The position numbers and the translations under genes were made by a program. Below the pieces are notes generated by a model that made no database searches, was not told where the DNA came from, and worked only from the letters and a program-made list of their open reading frames with translations. From Porticoccus sp. (GTDB taxonomy: Bacteria > Pseudomonadota > Gammaproteobacteria > Pseudomonadales > Porticoccaceae), in NCBI GenBank assembly GCA_033791605.1, contig JASJGJ010000012.1, positions 8,400 through 72,399 on the forward strand: a DNA stretch of 64,000 nt, in the 5' to 3' direction. The stretch's first letter is position 1, and each line of letters starts with the position of its first letter. Below are positions 39,969 through 50,965 of the stretch, in pieces.

Positions 39969-41963
39969 ATGCCTTCAAGACGTGATCTTGCCAATGCAAT
40001 TCGTGCGCTCAGTATGGATGCCGTTCAACAAGCCAATAGTGGCCACCCAGGTGCGCCGATGGGTATGGCAGATATAGCAGAAGTGCTGTGGAATGATTAT
40101 TTAGTCCACAATCCAGCGGATCCCAGCTGGACTAACCGTGATCGTTTTGTCTTGTCGAATGGTCATGGCTCTATGTTGCTGTATTCGCTGCTGCATTTAA
40201 GTGGTTATGATTTGCCCATTGAAGAGCTAAAAAACTTCCGCCAGCTACATTCAAAAACACCGGGGCATCCAGAATATGGTTATGCGCCAGGCGTTGAAAC
40301 AACTACGGGTCCATTGGGTCAAGGGCTTAGTAACGCAGTAGGTATGGCGCTGGCCGAAAAAGTGTTGGCGGCGCAATTTAACCGCCCCAGCCACGATGTA
40401 GTCGATCATTACACCTATTGTTTTCTGGGCGATGGATGCCTGATGGAGGGTATCTCCCATGAAGTTTCTTCTTTTGCGGGCACCCAAAAGTTAGGTAAGT
40501 TGATCGCCTTCTATGATGACAATGGCATATCGATTGATGGTGAGGTTGAAGGCTGGTTTACCGATAATACCCCAGCCCGTTTTGAGGCCTATGGCTGGCA
40601 GGTGGTCCCTAATGTTGATGGACATGACTCTGATGCGATCAAAGCGGCTATTGAAATAGCGCGCTTGGAAACAGACAAGCCAACACTGATTTGTTGCAAA
40701 ACTATCATTGGCTTTGGTTCTCCCAGTAAACAGGGTAAGGAAGATTGCCATGGTGCACCATTGGGTGCGGATGAAATCAGACTGGTTCGCGAACAGTTGG
40801 GTTGGAAGCACAGACCCTTTGATGTGCCCTCTGAGATTTATGATGGCTGGAATGGCGTCAAAAAAGGTTCGGCTGCGCAGGCAGCTTGGGATAAAAAATT
40901 AGCGAGCTATCGTACAGCCCATCCAGAATTAGCGGCAGAATTTGAGCGCCGAGTTAAGGGCGAATTACCTTCCGATTTCAGCGAAAAAGCTGACGCTTAT
41001 ATTAGCCAGTGTCAGCAAACTATGGAGAAAGTAGCTTCGCGCAAGGCTTCCCAGAATTGCCTTAACGCCTATGGTCCATTGTTGCCAGAGCTATTGGGTG
41101 GTTCCGCTGATTTAGCAGGATCCAATCTTACTCTTTGGTCTGGTTCTAAAGGTGTCAGCGCAGATGACGCTTCCGGCAATTATATTTTCTATGGTGTTCG
41201 AGAGTTTGGTATGAGTGCCATGATGAATGGCATCACGCTACATGGTGGGTTTGTGACTTACGGTGCAACCTTCCTGATGTTTATGGAGTATGCCCGCAAT
41301 GCGGTACGTATGGCGGCCTTGATGAAACAAAAAAGTATTTTTGTTTACACTCATGACTCAATTGGCCTAGGAGAAGACGGCCCCACGCACCAACCTGTTG
41401 AGCAACTGACTTCGCTGCGCTCTACGCCTAATCTGCATACTTGGCGCCCCTGTGATACGGTGGAATCCTCAGTGTGTTGGAAGAGTGCTATTGAGCGCAG
41501 AGATGGCCCTAGTGCCTTGATATTTAGTCGTCAGAGTTTAGCTCCTCAGCATAGAAATAGTGAACAATTGGGTAACGTTGCCCGCGGCGGTTATGTGTTG
41601 CGTGATGTTTCCAGTGAGCTGGACGCCATTATTATTGCCACTGGATCAGAGGTCGAGTTGGCAATGGATGCAGCTAATGAATTATCTGCTCAGGGTGTCA
41701 AAGTTCGTGTTGTTTCCATGCCTTGCGCTGAAATTTTTGCCGCACAAGAATCAACGTATCGTGATGCCGTACTGCCCCCGAGTGTTCGTACGCGTGTTGC
41801 GGTAGAAGCGGGCCATGCAGATTACTGGTACAAGTATGTAGGTCTTGACGGTCGTGTGGTTGGAATGACTACTTTTGGCGAGTCTGCACCCGGTGATCAG
41901 CTGATGAAGCTTTTTGGTTTTACTGTGGAAAATGTTGTTAAGGCTGTTAGGTCACAACTTTAA
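39969..41963 (+). CDS. tktA: Transketolase
   Basis: [14 protein letters not shown] motif GDGCLMEG. 664 aa from ATG 39969, which has an AGGAG SD. The track ORF starts at GTG 39906. Confidence 0.95.
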   Translation: MPSRRDLANAIRALSMDAVQQANSGHPGAPMGMADIAEVLWNDYLVHNPADPSWTNRDRFVLSNGHGSMLLYSLLHLSGYDLPIEELKNFRQLHSKTPGHPEYGYAPGVETTTGPLGQGLSNAVGMALAEKVLAAQFNRPSHDVVDHYTYCFLGDGCLMEGISHEVSSFAGTQKLGKLIAFYDDNGISIDGEVEGWFTDNTPARFEAYGWQVVPNVDGHDSDAIKAAIEIARLETDKPTLICCKTIIGFGSPSKQGKEDCHGAPLGADEIRLVREQLGWKHRPFDVPSEIYDGWNGVKKGSAAQAAWDKKLASYRTAHPELAAEFERRVKGELPSDFSEKADAYISQCQQTMEKVASRKASQNCLNAYGPLLPELLGGSADLAGSNLTLWSGSKGVSADDASGNYIFYGVREFGMSAMMNGITLHGGFVTYGATFLMFMEYARNAVRMAALMKQKSIFVYTHDSIGLGEDGPTHQPVEQLTSLRSTPNLHTWRPCDTVESSVCWKSAIERRDGPSALIFSRQSLAPQHRNSEQLGNVARGGYVLRDVSSELDAIIIATGSEVELAMDAANELSAQGVKVRVVSMPCAEIFAAQESTYRDAVLPPSVRTRVAVEAGHADYWYKYVGLDGRVVGMTTFGESAPGDQLMKLFGFTVENVVKAVRSQL

Positions 41964-42007
41964 TAAAGACAGGAACGGGTAATGGGTCTAGAGCAAGGGC
42001 GGGATCA

Positions 42008-43033
42008 TTGATTCGTGCAGCGATTAACGGCTATGGCCGTATCGGGCGTTCCGTGCTGCGCGCGCTTTATGAGTCTAATCGTTGTGAGCAGATTCAAGTG
42101 GTGGCGATCAATGAGCCGGCTGATGGCAAAACCATAGCGCATTTAACGAAATATGATTCCACCCATGGCCGTTTTCCTGGCACTGTAGACATTTCTGGTG
42201 ATGTGTTGACCATCAATGGCGATGCTATTTCGGTATTCCACCACGAAGATATTCAACAGTTACCCTGGGCGGAGCTGAAGATTGATGTGGTTTTGGAGTG
42301 CAGCGGTACTTTTACCGATCGTAAAACGGCTGAGTTACATCTGTTAGCAGGAGCAAAGAAGGTCGTGTTCTCTCAACCGGCCGAGCCTACGGTTGATGCC
42401 ACTATTGTGATGGGCGTGAACGAAAGCACATTAACGGGTCATGAAACCATTATTTCCAATGCATCCTGTTCCACCAACTGTGTAGTTCCGGTGATTAAGA
42501 CGCTGAATGAAGTGTTTGATGTTGACGGTGGTGTCATTACTACGATCCATTCGGCTATGAACGATCAGCCGGTTATTGATGCTTATCATGACACCGATTT
42601 AAGAAAAACCCGTGCGGCTATTCAGTCTATTATTCCTGTAGATACGGAGTTGGCTCGTGGCATTGATCGAATGCTGCCAAATTTGTCAGGGTGTTTTGAA
42701 GCACAAGCCATGCGTGTACCGACTATTAATGTATCTGTGATTGACCTGTCGGTATTACTCAAAACCGATGTGGATACAGCTACCGTTAATCGGGTGTTAC
42801 AACAGGCGGCCAATGGGTCTTTAGCTGGAATTTTGGGATATACCGAAGAGCCGCTAGCTTCTTGTGATTTTAATCATGATCCACGTAGTGGCATTGTTGA
42901 CGCCAGCCAGACTCGTGTTAGCCGTCAACGGCTGGTGAAGGTTTTAATCTGGTTTGACAACGAATGGGGGTATGCCAACCGAATGGTAGAGCTAGTACAT
43001 CACTGGCTGGTAGACCCAGAGAAGCAAAGGTAA
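42008..43033 (+). CDS. epd: Erythrose-4-phosphate dehydrogenase (GAPDH family)
   Basis: [18 protein letters not shown]...VVAINE resembles E. coli Epd. tkt-epd-pgk-fba synteny. TTG start. Confidence 0.8.
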   Translation: MIRAAINGYGRIGRSVLRALYESNRCEQIQVVAINEPADGKTIAHLTKYDSTHGRFPGTVDISGDVLTINGDAISVFHHEDIQQLPWAELKIDVVLECSGTFTDRKTAELHLLAGAKKVVFSQPAEPTVDATIVMGVNESTLTGHETIISNASCSTNCVVPVIKTLNEVFDVDGGVITTIHSAMNDQPVIDAYHDTDLRKTRAAIQSIIPVDTELARGIDRMLPNLSGCFEAQAMRVPTINVSVIDLSVLLKTDVDTATVNRVLQQAANGSLAGILGYTEEPLASCDFNHDPRSGIVDASQTRVSRQRLVKVLIWFDNEWGYANRMVELVHHWLVDPEKQR

Positions 43034-43040
43034 TAAAAGC

Positions 43041-44210
43041 ATGACATTGAATGTAATCAATATGGCAAATTTGGATTTGTCAGGTAAGCGGGTACTCATT
43101 CGAGAAGACCTCAATGTGCCAATAAAAGATGGCGTAGTGACCTCAGATGCGCGTATACGAGCAGCATTGCCCACGATCAAAATGGCAATGGACGCCGGTG
43201 CAAAAGTTATTCTGATGTCACACCTAGGTCGTCCGACGGAAGGTGAATTTGATCAGCAATTTTCTATGAAACCCGTAGCCCATCATCTTGGTCAACTACT
43301 GGGCACTGACGTGAAAATCATTTCCGATTGGAAGACTGGCTTTGAGTTACAGGGGGGAGAACTGGCGTTGCTGGAAAATGTACGCTTTAACCCCGGGGAA
43401 AAGCAAGACGATGAAACCCTTGCTAAAGCCTACGCTTCCCTATGTGATATTTTTGTCATGGATGCTTTCGGTACGGCCCACCGTGCCCAAGCATCCACAC
43501 ATGGTGTCGCAAAATATGCCCCTGTAGCCTGTGCGGGACCGTTATTAGTCGGTGAACTGAATGCCTTGGAAAAAGCTTTGGCTAATCCTGCACGTCCTTT
43601 GGTGGCCATTGTGGGTGGCTCCAAAGTTTCGACTAAATTAACCGTGCTAGAAACACTTTCAGATAAAGTGGATCAACTCATTGTTGGCGGTGGCATTGCC
43701 AATACATTTTTGGCGGCCAATGGATTGCCCGTTGGTCGCTCACTCTGTGAGCATGACCTGATTCCAGAAGCACAAAAACTCATGGCTAAAACCAGTATTC
43801 CTTTGCCCAGTGATGTTGTGGTGGGTAAAGCATTTTCAGAATCTGCCGAGGCGACGCTGAAATTGTCAGCAGATGTTGCCGATGATGATATGATTTTTGA
43901 TATTGGTCCTGATACAGCAAAACAACTGGCAGCGATCTTGAAAAGTGCAGGAACTATTATCTGGAATGGCCCGGTGGGCGTGTTCGAGTTTGATCAGTTT
44001 GGTGAAGGAACCCGCATTATTGCTGAAGCCATTGCAGCGAGTGAAGGTTTTTCCATTGCGGGTGGAGGAGATACGCTGGCGGCAGTAGATAAATATGGTA
44101 TCGCGGATAAAGTCTCCTATATTTCCACTGGTGGTGGGGCCTTTTTGGAATATGTAGAAGGCAAGGTGTTGCCAGCAGTTGCCGTACTGGAAGCCCGGGC
44201 TAACGGTTAA
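43041..44210 (+). CDS. pgk: Phosphoglycerate kinase
   Basis: 389 aa. [16 protein letters not shown] and GGGDT motifs. Confidence 0.95.
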   Translation: MTLNVINMANLDLSGKRVLIREDLNVPIKDGVVTSDARIRAALPTIKMAMDAGAKVILMSHLGRPTEGEFDQQFSMKPVAHHLGQLLGTDVKIISDWKTGFELQGGELALLENVRFNPGEKQDDETLAKAYASLCDIFVMDAFGTAHRAQASTHGVAKYAPVACAGPLLVGELNALEKALANPARPLVAIVGGSKVSTKLTVLETLSDKVDQLIVGGGIANTFLAANGLPVGRSLCEHDLIPEAQKLMAKTSIPLPSDVVVGKAFSESAEATLKLSADVADDDMIFDIGPDTAKQLAAILKSAGTIIWNGPVGVFEFDQFGEGTRIIAEAIAASEGFSIAGGGDTLAAVDKYGIADKVSYISTGGGAFLEYVEGKVLPAVAVLEARANG

Positions 44211-44337
44211 GCTAGTTGCGACAACGAGGCATGACAATTACAACGTAAAACAAAATTCGCGGCACGACTGCCGCAATGGTTTGGTAACAACCCACTGCTA
44301 CCATACCAGTAACCAATGATGAAAAAGGAGCAGAATA

Positions 44338-45390
44338 ATGGCACTCATTTCAATGCGCCAACTCTTGGACCATGCGGCTGAGAATAATTACGGTGTTCCA
44401 GCATTTAATGTGAATAATTTGGAACAAATGCGCGCTATTATGGAAGCCGCAGACCAAACCAACTCACCCGTCATTGTTCAAGCATCAGCAGGCGCCAGAA
44501 AATATGCGGGTGCACCTTTTCTACGTCACCTGATTCTGGCTGCTATCGAGGAATTTCCCCATATTCCAGTATGTATGCATCAGGATCACGGTACCAGTCC
44601 TGCTATTTGTCAGCGTTCTATCCAGTTGAGTTTTAGTTCGGTAATGATGGATGGTTCACTGGAAGAAGACGGAAAAACACCGGCATCTTATGAATACAAT
44701 GTTGAAGTAACACGCCGGGTAGTTGAAATGGCCCACGCCTGTGGTGTTTCTGTAGAAGGTGAATTGGGTTGCCTTGGGTCATTAGAAACTGGCCAGGCCG
44801 GTGAAGAAGATGGTGTCGGTGCTGAAGGCATACTATCCCACGATCAAATGCTGACAGATCCAGAAGAAGCAGCAGACTTTGTAGCAAAAACGGGAGTAGA
44901 TGCACTGGCCATTGCCATTGGTACCTCACATGGAGCGTATAAATTTTCTCGCCCGCCAACCGGTGATATTCTGGCCATTGATCGCATCAAGGCAATTCAT
45001 GCTCGTATCCCAAGCACCCACTTGGTGATGCACGGTTCTTCTTCCGTTCCCCAAGAATGGTTGGCAGTGATTAATGAGTTTGGTGGTGATATTCCTGAAA
45101 CCTATGGTGTGCCAGTAGAAGAAATTGTTGAAGGCATTAAGCACGGCGTGCGAAAAATTAATATCGATACCGACCTGCGATTAGCTTCTACGGGCGCTGT
45201 ACGCCAATTCATGGCGAACAATAAAGCTGAGTTTGATCCACGCAAATATCTAGCGGCAACTACTGAGGCAATGAAAGATATTTGTATCGCCCGATACGAA
45301 GCGTTTGGTACGGCGGGTAATGCCAGTAAAATTACTCCGGTTAGTCTGGAGAAAATGTTCCAGAACTATTTAAATGGTGAGTTGTTGTAG
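44338..45390 (+). CDS. fba: Class II fructose-bisphosphate aldolase
   Basis: 350 aa. [12 protein letters not shown] and the HQDHG zinc site, the Calvin-cycle-subtype length seen in Pseudomonas. Confidence 0.95.
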   Translation: MALISMRQLLDHAAENNYGVPAFNVNNLEQMRAIMEAADQTNSPVIVQASAGARKYAGAPFLRHLILAAIEEFPHIPVCMHQDHGTSPAICQRSIQLSFSSVMMDGSLEEDGKTPASYEYNVEVTRRVVEMAHACGVSVEGELGCLGSLETGQAGEEDGVGAEGILSHDQMLTDPEEAADFVAKTGVDALAIAIGTSHGAYKFSRPPTGDILAIDRIKAIHARIPSTHLVMHGSSSVPQEWLAVINEFGGDIPETYGVPVEEIVEGIKHGVRKINIDTDLRLASTGAVRQFMANNKAEFDPRKYLAATTEAMKDICIARYEAFGTAGNASKITPVSLEKMFQNYLNGELL

Positions 45391-45427
45391 CTAGGATTTA
45401 GTCGAGAGGATTTGATCCAAATATAAT

Positions 45428-45461
45428 AAAAAAGGGCGGCTAAAATCACCGCCCTTTTTTT
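45428..45461. terminator. Bidirectional rho-independent terminator
   Basis: AAAAAAGGGCGG-ctaaaatca-CCGCCCTTTTTTT, between the convergent fba and ORF 45465. Confidence 0.8.
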
Positions 45462-45464
45462 GCA

Positions 45465-46079
45465 CTAAGGTTTTTGATATTCTTTTACCGCATCCACTAA
45501 GGCAGAAATTTCTGCGATAAATAAGTACGCTGAATAGCTTCGACCTCTTTTAGGTGACAATCGATAGCGCCATTTATTTTGTGAGTCTTCTGTATAGCTG
45601 TTGGCCATGTTTTCTATCAGTGTTGAGTCGACAGTAAAGGCAACATGTTCTTTATGTATGCATCCACTATAGGCGCTGCCCTGGCAGGAGATGCTGTGAT
45701 TTAAAATCGTGGCTTCTTTTGATTTCTGGCTAGTAGCTGTGTTGTAAACAACTTCTTTATATAAACGCTTATCATGAGCCTTGTATTCTATAAGGCTGTT
45801 AATTTGATAGGTGATCTCACCTGTTTTTTTGGTTGCCACTGCCGTTATGTAGTTGTTTGCCCATGCGTTAGATACGTTGCGGGGTTTTTTCTGAAATCCA
45901 TTGATGGTAGAAAAGGTAATAGCATCACCTGAAAGGCTATTTTTTGAAACAAGCTGTGTTTTAAAATGTAACTTGTTGAGAGTAATGGTTTCAGACGTTT
46001 TGGTTTCTTGCGCTTGCGCAAAATTCTGCATCAATAATGTAATGAATGCAGACAAAAAAATAGCCGGAATTATTTTCAT
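45465..46079 (-). CDS. Hypothetical secreted protein
   Basis: 204 aa with a signal peptide (AIFLSAFITLLMQNFAQA/QE) and one Cys pair (SCQGSAYSGC). AT-rich. I do not recognise a family. Confidence 0.6.
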   Translation of the reverse strand: MKIIPAIFLSAFITLLMQNFAQAQETKTSETITLNKLHFKTQLVSKNSLSGDAITFSTINGFQKKPRNVSNAWANNYITAVATKKTGEITYQINSLIEYKAHDKRLYKEVVYNTATSQKSKEATILNHSISCQGSAYSGCIHKEHVAFTVDSTLIENMANSYTEDSQNKWRYRLSPKRGRSYSAYLFIAEISALVDAVKEYQKP

Positions 46080-46145
46080 GAGGGTAGCCTTTGATCATTA
46101 CTTTCTTTATAAAGGTTTGAGGCGTTTTTCTCTACGAAAGTTTAT

Positions 46146-46472
46146 TCAGTGCGATTTGATATTTTCTACTGTATTAAAGCTAACAGTAGATTTTATATTT
46201 TTAATGACAATCTTTTGTGACGCTAGTTTTTCTTGAATAAGGTCTATTAATATTCTGTCTTCTCCCGATTTATTTGCCGTTACCAAGCTTTCAGTGTCTT
46301 CAAATACGCAGATGATAGACAAAGAGCCGGGGAAGTTATTATAGCTAACGTAATGAGTTATCCATTTAAAACCATCAATTTCTTCAAGGGCGATTTCACA
46401 GGCATCAGTTAGTGCGACTCTGATGGAGTTTTCAGTTTTTTTGTCGGACTTCTTCATATAAATATTAGCCAA
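46146..46472 (-). CDS. Small conserved-looking hypothetical cytoplasmic protein
   Basis: 108 aa. KKSDKKTENSIRVALTDACEIALEEIDGFKWITHYVSYNNFPGSL resembles uncharacterised small proteins I recall from Vibrio and Alteromonadales. An alternative start is ATG 46457. Confidence 0.55.
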   Translation of the reverse strand: MANIYMKKSDKKTENSIRVALTDACEIALEEIDGFKWITHYVSYNNFPGSLSIICVFEDTESLVTANKSGEDRILIDLIQEKLASQKIVIKNIKSTVSFNTVENIKSH

Positions 46473-46667
46473 GTTTTAGGGTAGTATTATTTGCATTCTC
46501 TTAGTTTCTTCTTTGAGAATTAACAGTATTTTATCGCTAAATTTACTTGTGGTGACAAGATGTTGGAATCAGTACGTTAAACTAAAATACTTGCCATTTA
46601 GGTGTGGTTTGCGATTATAGATGAACTGAACTTAACTTTACCTTAACGTCGTGGATACTATAACTCA

Positions 46668-47621
46668 ATGTCTCTGAGCTCTGAGCAATTAACAAAGGTA
46701 CGTGACGGCCTACAAACATTGGTTTTTGATGTGTCGCTCGATCGTACAGATAAAACGGTAGATGAATCCAGTTACGTGGATCACTACAACTTGTCGATGT
46801 CTTCAGAGTTAATGCCTGTTCGCCATTGTTTGGGCACTTTTTTTTCTTCAGGTTTTCAGCTGGCTACGCAGTATTGGGTTCCTGAAAACCCGAGGGGCAC
46901 TTATTTTGTTGTGCATGGATATTTTGACCATGTTGGTCTTTATGGACATTTGATTCGCCACCTTTTAACGCTTGGTTATGCCGTCGTCGCTTTTGATTTA
47001 CCCGGTCACGGCTTATCTAGTGGTGAGCGGGTAACCATTGAGAGCTTTGATCATTATGTCGATATTTTTTCTGATTTATTACAGGGTTGTGAAACACATT
47101 TCCCCAAACCCTGGAGGGCGGTTGGTCAGAGTACTGGGGGTGCTATTTTAATTAAATACATTATGGCGGCTAAACCCCATCACTATCAGAACGATCTTGA
47201 GCATGTGGTCGTACTTGCCCCGTTAATTCATCCTCGGAGTTGGAAAAAAAGCCTCTATCTTTATAAATTGTTACATCGGTTTTTAAATAAAATAAAAAGA
47301 AAGTTATACCCCAATACAGCAAATGAAGAGTTCAATCAGTTTTTAGCTAACGATGATCCCCTGCAAACGCTATACATTCCCCTTGAATGGGTGGGTTCGA
47401 TGAAGCGTTGGACGGAAGAGTTTGCTGCGCTTCCACCCAATGATTATCCATTAAAGGTTGTACAGGGAGACTGTGATAGAACAGTGGCATGGGAATATAA
47501 TATAAAAGAATTAGAGAGAAAGTTTTGTAATATTGATATAGAGATTGTTCGAGGGGCGCAACACCATATGGTGAATGAAGGGATTTGGTTGAGAGATAAA
47601 GTTTTTAAAAAAATAAATTAA
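46668..47621 (+). CDS. Alpha/beta hydrolase (lysophospholipase / monoacylglycerol lipase-like)
   Basis: 317 aa. HG oxyanion motif (VVHGYFDH), nucleophile elbow GQSTGG, and a C-terminal His (GAQHHM). Confidence 0.8.
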   Translation: MSLSSEQLTKVRDGLQTLVFDVSLDRTDKTVDESSYVDHYNLSMSSELMPVRHCLGTFFSSGFQLATQYWVPENPRGTYFVVHGYFDHVGLYGHLIRHLLTLGYAVVAFDLPGHGLSSGERVTIESFDHYVDIFSDLLQGCETHFPKPWRAVGQSTGGAILIKYIMAAKPHHYQNDLEHVVVLAPLIHPRSWKKSLYLYKLLHRFLNKIKRKLYPNTANEEFNQFLANDDPLQTLYIPLEWVGSMKRWTEEFAALPPNDYPLKVVQGDCDRTVAWEYNIKELERKFCNIDIEIVRGAQHHMVNEGIWLRDKVFKKIN

Positions 47622-47639
47622 CAGTATTTATTTCAGAAT

Positions 47640-47669
47640 AAAAAAGGGGCTTTATTAGCCCCTTTTTTA
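47640..47669. terminator. Bidirectional rho-independent terminator
   Basis: AAAAAGGGGC-tttatta-GCCCCTTTTTT, between the convergent hydrolase gene and serA. Confidence 0.8.
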
Positions 47670-47687
47670 TATAAAATAAATATTTGT

Positions 47688-48929
47688 TTAAAACAACACA
47701 CGGCAACGCATCGTGCCGTCAATGCGTTTCAGCGCTTTTAGTGCTATATCACTGTATTCGGCATCCACGTCTAACACTACGTAACCTATTTTTTCAGTGG
47801 TTTGCAGGTGTTGCCCACAGATATTGATGTTGTTGTCAGAGAACACCTGATTTATTGATGTCATGATGCCCGGTACATTGTGATGAACATGCAACAGTCG
47901 GTGTGTTCCTGAGTGTGGTGGTAGTGAAACCTGGGGAAAATTAACGGCACTAATCGTTGTGCCGCTGTCGCTGTATCGAGCTATTTTTTCAGCAACTTCT
48001 AAACCAATATTTTCCTGTGCTTCCTGTGTAGAACCACCAATATGTGGCGTCAGAATCACATTGTCGAATTTCCTCAGGGGTGAAATAAACTCTTCCTGAT
48101 TGGATTTTGGCTCTGAAGGAAATACATCAATAGCCGCGCCGGCTAGGTGTTTACTTTCTAGTAGAGCGCTCAACGCATCGATATCAACAACTTGCCCGCG
48201 GGCGGCGTTGATTAGTATGCCGCCTTTTTTTATGGCGCCGAGTTCATCCGGGCCCATCATATAGCGAGTGGCTTCAGTGTCCGGTACATGCAGAGAGACC
48301 ACATCTGAACTGCCTAATAGTACCTTGAGATCGGCTACTTGTTCGGCATTACCCAGTGGTAACTTGGTGACGACATCATAAAATTTGACTCGCATTCCCA
48401 TGGATTCAGCCATCACGCTGATTTGGCTGCCGATATTGCCATAGCCAATAATGCCAAGGGTTTTGCCGCGGACTTCATAAGAATCTGTGGCAGACTTCAG
48501 CCAAGTGCCTCGGTGGGCCGCAGCACTTTTCTCTGGAATGCCGCGCATCAACATAATGGTTTCGGCAATAACCAACTCCGCAACGCTTCGGGTGTTGGAG
48601 TAGGGGGCATTAAAGACGACGACGCCATGTTCTGTTGCAGCCTGAAGGTCAACTTGGTTTGTACCAATACAGAAACAGCCAACACCGATAAGCTTTTTGC
48701 CGGCTTCAAACACCCTTCGGGTGAGTTGAGAGCGTGAGCGAATACCCACAAAGTGAAAATCTTTAATTTTCGCTACCAACTCATCTTCAGGTAACGCAGA
48801 TTTTATATATTCCACACTGGTATAACCCGCAGCTTCTAGGGTTTCTACAGCTGAGGGGTGAACACCTTCAAGTAACAGTATTTTGATTTTGGCTTTGTCT
48901 AACGAAAAGCTGAGGGCAGTATTGGCCAT
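47688..48929 (-). CDS. serA: D-3-phosphoglycerate dehydrogenase
   Basis: KIKILLLEGVH N-terminus, NAD-binding GIIGYGNIG and a C-terminal ACT domain. 413 aa from ATG 48929; the track ORF extends to 48971. Confidence 0.93.
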   Translation of the reverse strand: MANTALSFSLDKAKIKILLLEGVHPSAVETLEAAGYTSVEYIKSALPEDELVAKIKDFHFVGIRSRSQLTRRVFEAGKKLIGVGCFCIGTNQVDLQAATEHGVVVFNAPYSNTRSVAELVIAETIMLMRGIPEKSAAAHRGTWLKSATDSYEVRGKTLGIIGYGNIGSQISVMAESMGMRVKFYDVVTKLPLGNAEQVADLKVLLGSSDVVSLHVPDTEATRYMMGPDELGAIKKGGILINAARGQVVDIDALSALLESKHLAGAAIDVFPSEPKSNQEEFISPLRKFDNVILTPHIGGSTQEAQENIGLEVAEKIARYSDSGTTISAVNFPQVSLPPHSGTHRLLHVHHNVPGIMTSINQVFSDNNINICGQHLQTTEKIGYVVLDVDAEYSDIALKALKRIDGTMRCRVLF

Positions 48930-49074
48930 ATTATTCTCTTGGGCTATTTCTTGTATCGTCCGTGTCAACATTATGAAGCGATGACAATAAGTAACGCTTC
49001 AGCTATCTAAAAAAAAGGGTGGCTATGATAACATGCACGCCCCTTGATAACTGCCCTTTTTGGAGATGTTTACA

Positions 49075-50481
49075 ATGGCCATTACAGCCTCCACTATTGA
49101 AAAGTTACGCGACATTGTCGGTGAGCAACGGGTACTGACGGACGAGGTGTCCTTCCAACAATATGGCGTAGATCGAACCACTGTCTGGCAGCCAGCTCCC
49201 GGTGTGGTGGTGCTACCGGGAACGACTGAAGAAGTGCAGGCAATTGTGCAGTTGGCCAATGCTGAAAACCTTGCAGTGGTGCCCTCGGGTGGTCGAACTG
49301 GCCTGAGTGGCGGAGCGGTTGCCGTCAATGGCGAAATCGTGATTGCTCTGGATCGCATGAAGAAGGTGGTGGCATTTAATGAGGTGGACCGCATCGTAAC
49401 GGTCGAGGCCGGCATGGTCACCTATCAGCTCCAAGACTTTGCTGAGGAAAAAGGACTATTTTATCCTGTAGATTTTGCATCTGCTGGATCAAGCCAAATT
49501 GGCGGCAATATTGCGACCAATGCCGGTGGTATTAAGGTTATTCGTTATGGCATGACCCGTGATTGGGTGATGGGCCTGAAAGTGGTGGATGGTAGCGGCA
49601 ATATATTAGAGTTAAACCACGGCTTAGTAAAAAATAATACTGGGCTGGATTTTCGTCATTTGTTTATTGGCTCCGAGGGTATGTTAGGTATTATTACGGA
49701 GGCTTCTATGCGGTTAACACGCAAGGCTCAGGCGTTGAGTGTAATGGTGTTGGGTGTCGTGGATTTTCCCAGCATTATGGGCGTGCTAAAAACCTTTAAT
49801 GAAGGAATGGATCTCACCGCGTTTGAATTTTTTACCCATAACGGCATGGAAAAGGTGATAGCACACAGTGAAGTGCCGGCACCTTTTGAAACTGCGTCAC
49901 CTTTTTATGCATTGATCGAATTTGAGCAGTCTTCTGAGGCAGAGCTGGAATGTGCCATGGCGTTGTTTGAAACTTGTATGGAAGAGGGTTGGGTGGAAGA
50001 TGGTGTGATCAGCCAAAGCTTGTCTCAGGCAGAAAACCTATGGAGATTACGTGAGGATATGTCTGAAACCCTGTCTCAGTGGAAGCCTTACAAAAATGAT
50101 ATCAGTGTCAGTGTGTCCCAAATGTCGGGCTTTATTGAAAAGGTCGATGTCCTAGTGGCTGAGCAGTATCCAGATTTTGAAATCGTCTGGTTTGGTCATA
50201 TTGGTGATGGCAATCTGCACCTGAACATTTTGAAGCCGGATGACCTTTCTGTCGAAGATTTCACTAAGCTATGTGGTGGTGTCAGCAAACAGGTGGCGGC
50301 ATTGATTAAGGCGTTTAATGGCAGTGTGTCGGCTGAACATGGTGTCGGTCTTTTGAAGAAAGAATACCTAGGCTACACTCGCACGGAGACGGAACTACAG
50401 TTGATGCGCCAGATTAAACAAGTGTTTGATCCCAAGGGCATAATGAATCCCGGTAAAGTGGTGGATGTACTGAGTTCATAA
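49075..50481 (+). CDS. FAD-linked oxidase (GlcD family), probable D-2-hydroxyglutarate dehydrogenase
   Basis: FAD-binding PCMH domain (VVPSGGRTGLSGGAV). Divergent from serA, as in Pseudomonas. GGAG SD 9 nt before ATG 49075; the track ORF starts at TTG 49060. Confidence 0.8.
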   Translation: MAITASTIEKLRDIVGEQRVLTDEVSFQQYGVDRTTVWQPAPGVVVLPGTTEEVQAIVQLANAENLAVVPSGGRTGLSGGAVAVNGEIVIALDRMKKVVAFNEVDRIVTVEAGMVTYQLQDFAEEKGLFYPVDFASAGSSQIGGNIATNAGGIKVIRYGMTRDWVMGLKVVDGSGNILELNHGLVKNNTGLDFRHLFIGSEGMLGIITEASMRLTRKAQALSVMVLGVVDFPSIMGVLKTFNEGMDLTAFEFFTHNGMEKVIAHSEVPAPFETASPFYALIEFEQSSEAELECAMALFETCMEEGWVEDGVISQSLSQAENLWRLREDMSETLSQWKPYKNDISVSVSQMSGFIEKVDVLVAEQYPDFEIVWFGHIGDGNLHLNILKPDDLSVEDFTKLCGGVSKQVAALIKAFNGSVSAEHGVGLLKKEYLGYTRTETELQLMRQIKQVFDPKGIMNPGKVVDVLSS

Positions 50482-50533
50482 CGAGCAATTTATCAGGGTC
50501 CATTTTTTAAGGGCCCATTCATAAGGCCCAACC

Positions 50534-50965
50534 ATGACAGATAATTCAAGTCAGGATGACAATAAGCAGGAAATTAATCAGGTGATGTCTCAACCTGAAA
50601 AGACTATGGGAGTTAATGGGGCTACTGAGTGGGTCAGTACAGCGGCAGAAGTTGACGACAATCTAAAAAATCTGACGCAACTAGTCTATATTCTTCAGGC
50701 TATCAGTTTGGTGGTAGGTGTAACGGCTATCGTCGGATTAATTCTTAATTATCTCAAACGCGATGAAGTAAAGGGCACATACCTTGAAGCCCACTTTACC
50801 TGGCAGATTAAAACCTTCTGGTATGCGCTGCTGGGTATGATCCTCGGTTGGTTGTTAGCCATAGTACTTGTCGGCTTTTTAATCTGGGCTGTGGTGGGTC
50901 TTTGGTATATCTACCGAGTCGTCAAAGGCTGGTTGGCCTTCAATGATGGCAAGGAACCCATATGA
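50534..50965 (+). CDS. Small membrane protein (DUF4870-like)
   Basis: 143 aa, 2-3 TM segments, C-terminal YRVVKGWLAFNDGKEP. Its stop overlaps the next gene (ATGA). Confidence 0.6.
   Translation: MTDNSSQDDNKQEINQVMSQPEKTMGVNGATEWVSTAAEVDDNLKNLTQLVYILQAISLVVGVTAIVGLILNYLKRDEVKGTYLEAHFTWQIKTFWYALLGMILGWLLAIVLVGFLIWAVVGLWYIYRVVKGWLAFNDGKEPI

Noticed and set aside
47526-47537. 12-mer ATATTGATATAG identical to one arm of the candidate SahR operator, inside the alpha/beta hydrolase CDS.
   Set aside because: It is a half-site with no inverted partner, inside an AT-rich coding region. It is likely coincidental.
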